Made by a program: the position numbers and the translations under genes. Shown in pieces: positions 57,901 through 64,000 of a DNA stretch of 64,000 nucleotides (position 1 is its first letter; the number at the start of each line of letters is the position of its first letter). This DNA comes from Cyanophora paradoxa CCMP329. Taxonomy: Eukaryota > Plantae > Glaucophyta. The DNA lies in NCBI GenBank assembly GCA_004431415.1, contig QPMI01000605.1:1-64000 (forward strand), read 5' to 3'. The notes under the pieces were generated by a model. It had not been told where the DNA came from. It made no database searches and saw only the letters and a program-made list of their open reading frames with translations.

Positions 57901-60900
57901 CGAGGGCGTCCGCGAGGCTTCGCCGTACTTAGTGCTCCGCAGGAGCACGGATCTTGTCCGTAGATCGATGGTGAACGTGCCCATTTATTTTTTTTCCAAT
58001 CGAGTCCGATTCGTCCGAGCGTCCAGATTCGCAACCTCCGCAATGAAGGCGAACGGTCTCGCATGTAACACAGTACCCCACGAACGTTACATAGACGTGA
58101 CATTTATTTTTGGACTCGAGACTCCCCTAAGACGATCGCTCTCCCGTGGGCGTCGCACGAAAATCGCATTTCCGTCCCCTAAGACGATCGCTCTCCCGTG
58201 GGCGTCGCACGAAAATCGCATTTCCGTCCTAGATCGATTACGGTATTTATACCCCGGTTCGATCGCGAAATTCCAAAAAGTGGGACCCGGTCCCGCCCGG
58301 TCCCGCGACGAAAGCGCGCCAGGGACGCTCCAGACCAATGCCATGATGCAGAGTGACAGAGCAGGGCGTACGCACCGCTGCAAGCTCGATTTCGGCCGCC
58401 GACGATGCTCCAGTCCGACGGTCGAAAGAGTCGGCCAAACTTTCGATCCTGCCGGTTCCGTCCGGTCCTGCGGCGCACGCAATCGATGCGTACTGGCGCG
58501 CATAGACATAGCAGGGCCTGCGCACTCCAGATATCCGCTTTTCGGAGCCGGAACAGCGCAGGAAGGTACCCGATGGCGAAAATTCGATCCTGCACAGTCC
58601 CGGACATCTTTCCGCGCGCCCACGCCGTGGCGCATGCACGGATCAATAGCATATGTATTTTAGATGTAGAAGAAGCCTTCCGCGCGCTTTACAGATGTGC
58701 CGGACCGCAAGGACCCAGCCGACCCCCAAAATTCGATCCTCGACGGGCCTGAGCATCTTTCCGCACGCCCTCGCGTCCTCACCCATGCCCCTCGCTACAG
58801 TATTTATTTAACATCATTTCAAAGCGTTTCGCAAGCTGTGCGGATGCGACGGAGCACGAGAACCCAGCCGACGCCAAATTTTCGATCCTGGACATGCTTG
58901 CATGTATTTTCGCGCGCCCTCGCCTCCGTAGCCCTGCACCGTGGCACAAGCTCCTCTACGCATTCGAGATTCTGTTTAAGCGATTCACAAGCTCTACGCA
59001 TGCGCCTGGCCGCGAGATTCTTAAAACTCCCCTCAACACTCTCCTGTCAATTTCCTCAGCGCCTCCAGGTCAACTACAGCTAGCTGATTGGCAGCACCAT
59101 CCCTCCCCCCATTATATGCTCTCAGCCCCAGCAATATTAATTCCCCTAATTACATAATTATATTCTCTGCATGAGGAAAACTCCTCTCAGGACAACTCCT
59201 CCCCTAATTATATTCCCTCTCAGGATCCCTCCCCTCCCCTTTAATTGCATCCCACCACCAGGCCCCGCGTGCACCCTACCCCACCCAGCCACCGAGAGCC
59301 ACGACGGCCCGCGATAAATAAGGGGACCGGGACGGGGACCGTGGCCACTCATGAAAAAATTTGGCACGGGGAGGGATGGGCCGCGACGGGCCGCGATGAA
59401 TAAGGGGGACGCGAAGGGGCAGCGGAGGCTTCGCCCGATGTTTGGGACCCGCAGGGGCCCAGGGCTTGTCGGGCGAAGCCTCTTCGGGCGAAGCCTCTTC
59501 CGTAGGTCGATGGTGAACGCCCGATTCTATTTTTTTTCCAATCGAGACCGATTGGTCCGAGCGTCCAGATTTGCGACCTCCGCAATGAAGGCGAACGGTC
59601 TCCGACGTCACACAGAGTTACACGGCTCCATTGATCTATTTTCGCACTCATAGCTCCCCTAGAATTTACCCAAGACGACCGCTCTCCCGTGGGCGTCGCG
59701 CGAAAATCGAAATCCCTCCTGGATCGATTCCGGTATTTATACCACGGTTCGATCGCGAAACTCCAAAAAGTGGGACCCTTAGATAGCAGGGCCTGCGCAT
59801 CCCACATATCCGCTTTTCGGAGCCGGGCCAGCTTAGGAAGGAGCTCGATGGCGAAAATTCGATCCTGCACAGCCCCGGACATCTTTCCGCGTGCCGACGC
59901 CGCGGCGCATGCACGGATCAATAGCATATGCATTTGAGATGTATACAAAGCCTTCCGCGCGCTTTACAGATGCGCCGGACCGCGAGGACCCAGCCGACCC
60001 CCAAAATTCGATCCTCGACGGGCCTGAGTATCTTTCCGCACGCCCTCGCGTCCTCACCCATGCCCCTCGCTACAGTATTTATAAAACATCTTTTCAAAGC
60101 GTTTCGCAAGCTCTGCGGACGCGACGGAGCACGACAACCCAACCGACACCAAATTTCCCATCCTGGACAGGCCTGCATGTATTTTCGCGCGCCCTCGCCT
60201 CCGTAGCCCTGCACATCGATCCTCTACCGTAGTACGCATTCGAGATTCTGTTTAAGCGATTCCCAAACTCTACGCATGCGCCTGGCCGCGAGATTCTCAA
60301 TCCTCCCCTCAACACTCTCCTGTCAATTTCCTCAGCGCCTCCAGGTCAACTACAGCTAGCTGATTGGCAGCACCATCCCTCCCCCCATTATATGCTCTCA
60401 GCCCCAGCAATATTAATTCCCCTAATTACATAATTATATTCTCTGCATGAGGAAAACTCCTCTCAGGACAACTCCTCCCCTAATTATATTCCCTCTCAGG
60501 ATCCCTCCCCTCCCCTTTAATTGCATCCCACCACCAGGCCCCGCGTGCACCCTACCCCACCCAGCCACCGAGAGCCACGACGGCCCGCGATAAATAAGGG
60601 GACCGGGACGGGGACCGTGGCCACTCATGAAAAAATTTGGCACGGGGAGGGATGGGCCGCGACGGGCCGCGATGAATAAGGGGGACGCGAAGGGGGCAGC
60701 GGAGGCTTCGCCCGATGTTTGGGACCCGCAGGGGCCCAGGGCTTGTCGGGCGAAGCCTCTTCGGGCGAAGCCTCTTCCGTAGGTCGATGGTGAACGCCCG
60801 ATTCTATTTTTTTTCCAATCGAGACCGATTGGTCCGAGCGTCCAGATTTGCGACCTCCGCAATGAAGGCGAACGGTCTCCGACGTCACACAGAGTTACAC

Positions 60901-63900
60901 GGCTCCATTGATCTATTTTCGCACTCATAGCTCCCCTAGAATTTACCCAAGACGACCGCTCTCCCGTGGGCGTCGCGCGAAAATCGAAATCCCTCCTGGA
61001 TCGATTCCGGTATTTATACCACGGTTCGATCGCGAAACTCCAAAAAGTGGGACCCTTAGATAGCAGGGCCTGCGCATCCCACATATCCGCTTTTCGGAGC
61101 CGGGCCAGCTTAGGAAGGAGCTCGATGGCGAAAATTCGATCCTGCACAGCCCCGGACATCTTTCCGCGTGCCGACGCCGCGGCGCATGCACGGATCAATA
61201 GCATATGCATTTGAGATGTATACAAAGCCTTCCGCGCGCTTTACAGATGCGCCGGACCGCGAGGACCCAGCCGACCCCCAAAATTCGATCCTCGACGGGC
61301 CTGAGTATCTTTCCGCACGCCCTCGCGTCCTCACCCATGCCCCTCGCTACAGTATTTATAAAACATCTTTTCAAAGCGTTTCGCAAGCTCTGCGGACGCG
61401 ACGGAGCACGACAACCCAACCGACACCAAATTTCCCATCCTGGACAGGCCTGCATGTATTTTCGCGCGCCCTCGCCTCCGTAGCCCTGCACATCGATCCT
61501 CTACGCATTCGAGATTCTGTTTAAGCGATTCCCAAACTCTACCCATGCGCCTGGCCGCGAGATTCTCCATCCTCCCCTCAACACTCTCCTGTCAATTTCC
61601 TCAGCGCCCCCAGGTCAACTACAGCTAGCTGATTGTCAGCACCATCCCTCCCCTCATTATATTCTCTCAGCCCCAGCAATATTAATTCCCCTAACTACAT
61701 AATCATATTCTCTGAGCACAACTCCTCTCAGGACAACTCCTCACCTTATTATATTCCCTCTCAGGATCCCTCCCCTCCCCTTTAATTTCATCGCCCCGCC
61801 AGGCCCCACCCTACCCCACGCGGCCCAGCCACGACGGCCTGCGATAAATAAGGGGACCGGGACGGGGACCGCGGTGACTCATGAAATAAATACGGGCGGG
61901 GCCGCGACGGGCCGCGATGAACAAGGGGGGCGCAAGAGGGGCTGCTGAGGCTTCGCCCGATGTTTGGGACCCGCAGGGGCCCAGGGCTTGTCCGTAGGTC
62001 GATGGTGAACGCCCGATTCTATTTTTTTTCCAATCGAGTCCGATTGGTCCGAGCGTCCAGATTCGCAACCTCCGCAATGAAGGCGAACGGTCTCCGACGT
62101 CACACAGTAGAACTTTCGCGCGGCCAGCCTCCAGTGATTTAATTTCGGACTCTTGACTCCCCTCGTTGCGCGTCGCGCGAAAATCGAATTTTCCTCATGG
62201 ATCGATTCCGGTATTTATACCCCGGTTCGATCGCGAAACTCCAAAAAGTGGGACCCGGTCTCGCCCAGTCCCGCGACGAAAGCACGCCGGGGACGCCCCA
62301 GAGGAGTACAGAATGACAGAGCAGGGCGCGCGCACCGCTGCAAGCTCGATTTCGGCCGCCGTCGATGCTCCAGTCCGCGAAATTTTGATACCCGATCCCG
62401 TCCGGTCCCACGGCGCGCGCAGTCGACGCGTACTGGCGCGCATAGACACAGTAGCACCTGCACACTTCAGATATCCGCTTTTCGGAGCCGGAAGAGCGCA
62501 AGAAGGTACCCGGCGGCGAAAATTCGATCCTGCACAGCCCTGGGCATCTTTCCGCGCGCCCACGCCGCGGCGCATGTGCGGAACAATAGCATAAGCATTT
62601 AAAATGCAAACGAAGCATTCTGCACGCTTTACAGATGCGCCGAGCCGCGAGGACCCAGCCGACCCCCAAAATTCGATCCCTGACGAGCCTGAGCATCTTT
62701 CCGCGCACCCTCGCATCCGCACTGCGGCACCCATGCCCATCGCTACAGTAATCATTTGAGCTCTTTTCAAAGCCTTTTCCAAGCTCTGTGCCGGCGAGAG
62801 AGCACCAGAACCCAGCCGACGCCAAATTTTCGATCCTGCACAGGCCTACACATATTTCTGCCCGCCCTCGCCTCTGCAGCTCTGCACCTGGACATCGATG
62901 GTGTATGCATCCGAGATTCTGCTCAAGCGATTCATAAGCTCTGCGCATGCGCCTGGCCGCGAGATTCTCAGTCCTCCCCTCGACACTCTCCTGTCAATTT
63001 CCTCCGCGCCTCCGAGGCTCCAGGTCAACAACATCTAGCTGATTGGCAGCACCACCCCTCCCCTCATTATATTCTCTCAGCCCCAGCAACATTAATTCCC
63101 CTAATTACATAATCATATTCTCTGAGCACATCTCCTCTCAGAACAACTCCTCCCCTAATTATATTCCCTCTCAGGATCCCTCCCCTCCGCGGCCGCCAGG
63201 CCCCACCATACCCCACGTGCACCCAGCCACCGAGAGCCACGACGGCCCGCGATAAATAAGGGGACCGGGACGGGGACTGTGGCGACTCATGATTTAAATG
63301 GGGCAAAGGGAGGGGCGGGCCGCGACGGGCCGCGATGAACAAGGGGGACGCGAAGGGTGCGACGGAGGCTTCGCCCGATGTTTGGGACCCGCAGGGGCCC
63401 AGGGCTTGTCGGGCGAAGCCTCTTCGGGCGAAGCCTCTTCCGTTGATCAATGGTGAACGTTTCCATTTATTTTTTTTCCACTCGAGTCCGATTCGTCCGA
63501 GCGTCCAGATTCGCGACCTCCGCAATGAAGGCGAACGGTCTCCGACGTGACATAGACGTGACTGGTACCCGGCGAACCCCTCTCCCATCAGCGTCGCGCG
63601 ATAATCGATTTCCCTCATGGATCGATTCCGGTATTTATACCCCGGTTCGATCACGAAACTCCAAAAAGTGGGACCCGGTCCCGCGGCGAAAGCGCGCCAC
63701 GGACGCCCCAGAGCGGTCACAATGACAGCCAAGACCACGCGCATCGCTGCAAGCTCGATTTCGGCCGCCATCGACGCTCCAGTGCGAAGAGTCGGCCGAA
63801 AATCTGATCCTGCCAGTTCCGTCCGGTCCCGCAGCGCGCGCATTCGATGCGTACTGGCGCGCATAGACATAGCAGGGCCTGCGCACTCCAGATATCCGCT

Positions 63901-64000
63901 TTTCGGAGCCGGAACAGCGCAGGAAGGTGCCCGACGTCAAAAATTCGATCCTGCGCAGCCCCGGGCAACTTTCCGCGCGCCCAGGCCGCGGCGCATGCGC
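51990..64000. repeat. Complex GC-rich tandem repeat array (same family as 4072-10217)
   Basis: Anchor AATGAAGGCGAACGGTCTC recurs near 53583, 54796, 58042, 59584, 60861, 62076 and 63524; includes a near-perfect ~1277-bp duplication at 59027-61503. Confidence 0.9.

Noticed and set aside
51990-64000. Dozens of 60-380-aa ORFs in the repeat arrays (also 4072-10217)
   Set aside because: Overlapping in all frames, Arg/Ala/Pro/Gly-rich, and frames are not conserved between units; artefacts of GC-rich repeats.

Overview
This window is GC-rich eukaryotic (probably protist) DNA containing a ~36.2-kb AT-richer insertion at 14010-50203. The insertion consists of two different endogenous Polinton-like viruses (PLVs) joined end to end. 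PLV-A spans 14010-38896 (24.9 kb, 380-bp terminal inverted repeats, TIRs) and PLV-B spans 38903-50203 (11.3 kb, 269-bp TIRs). Each encodes an rve integrase, a PolB-like/SF1-helicase/HNH fusion replicase, an A32-like packaging ATPase, a double jelly-roll major capsid protein and penton(s); I could not recognise a maturation protease in either. PLV-A also carries accessory genes: a RING E3, a DUF5710-like protein, a homing-type endonuclease, a patatin-discoidin fusion, a phage-like fibre, four paralogous spikes with swapped heads (two C1q) and an AdoMet decarboxylase. Neither virus has its own target-site duplication (TSD). A single 6-bp TSD (GACGCT) flanks the pair, and removing the pair restores the reading frame of an exon of a spliced host gene, which suggests the two viruses integrated together as one ligated heterodimer. 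PLV-A also contains a captured piece of a PLV-B-type genome. The flanks hold a complex ~1.2-1.5-kb-unit tandem repeat family and a Pif1 (Helitron-like) helicase pseudogene. All family calls come from motif recognition by eye, not from database searches.
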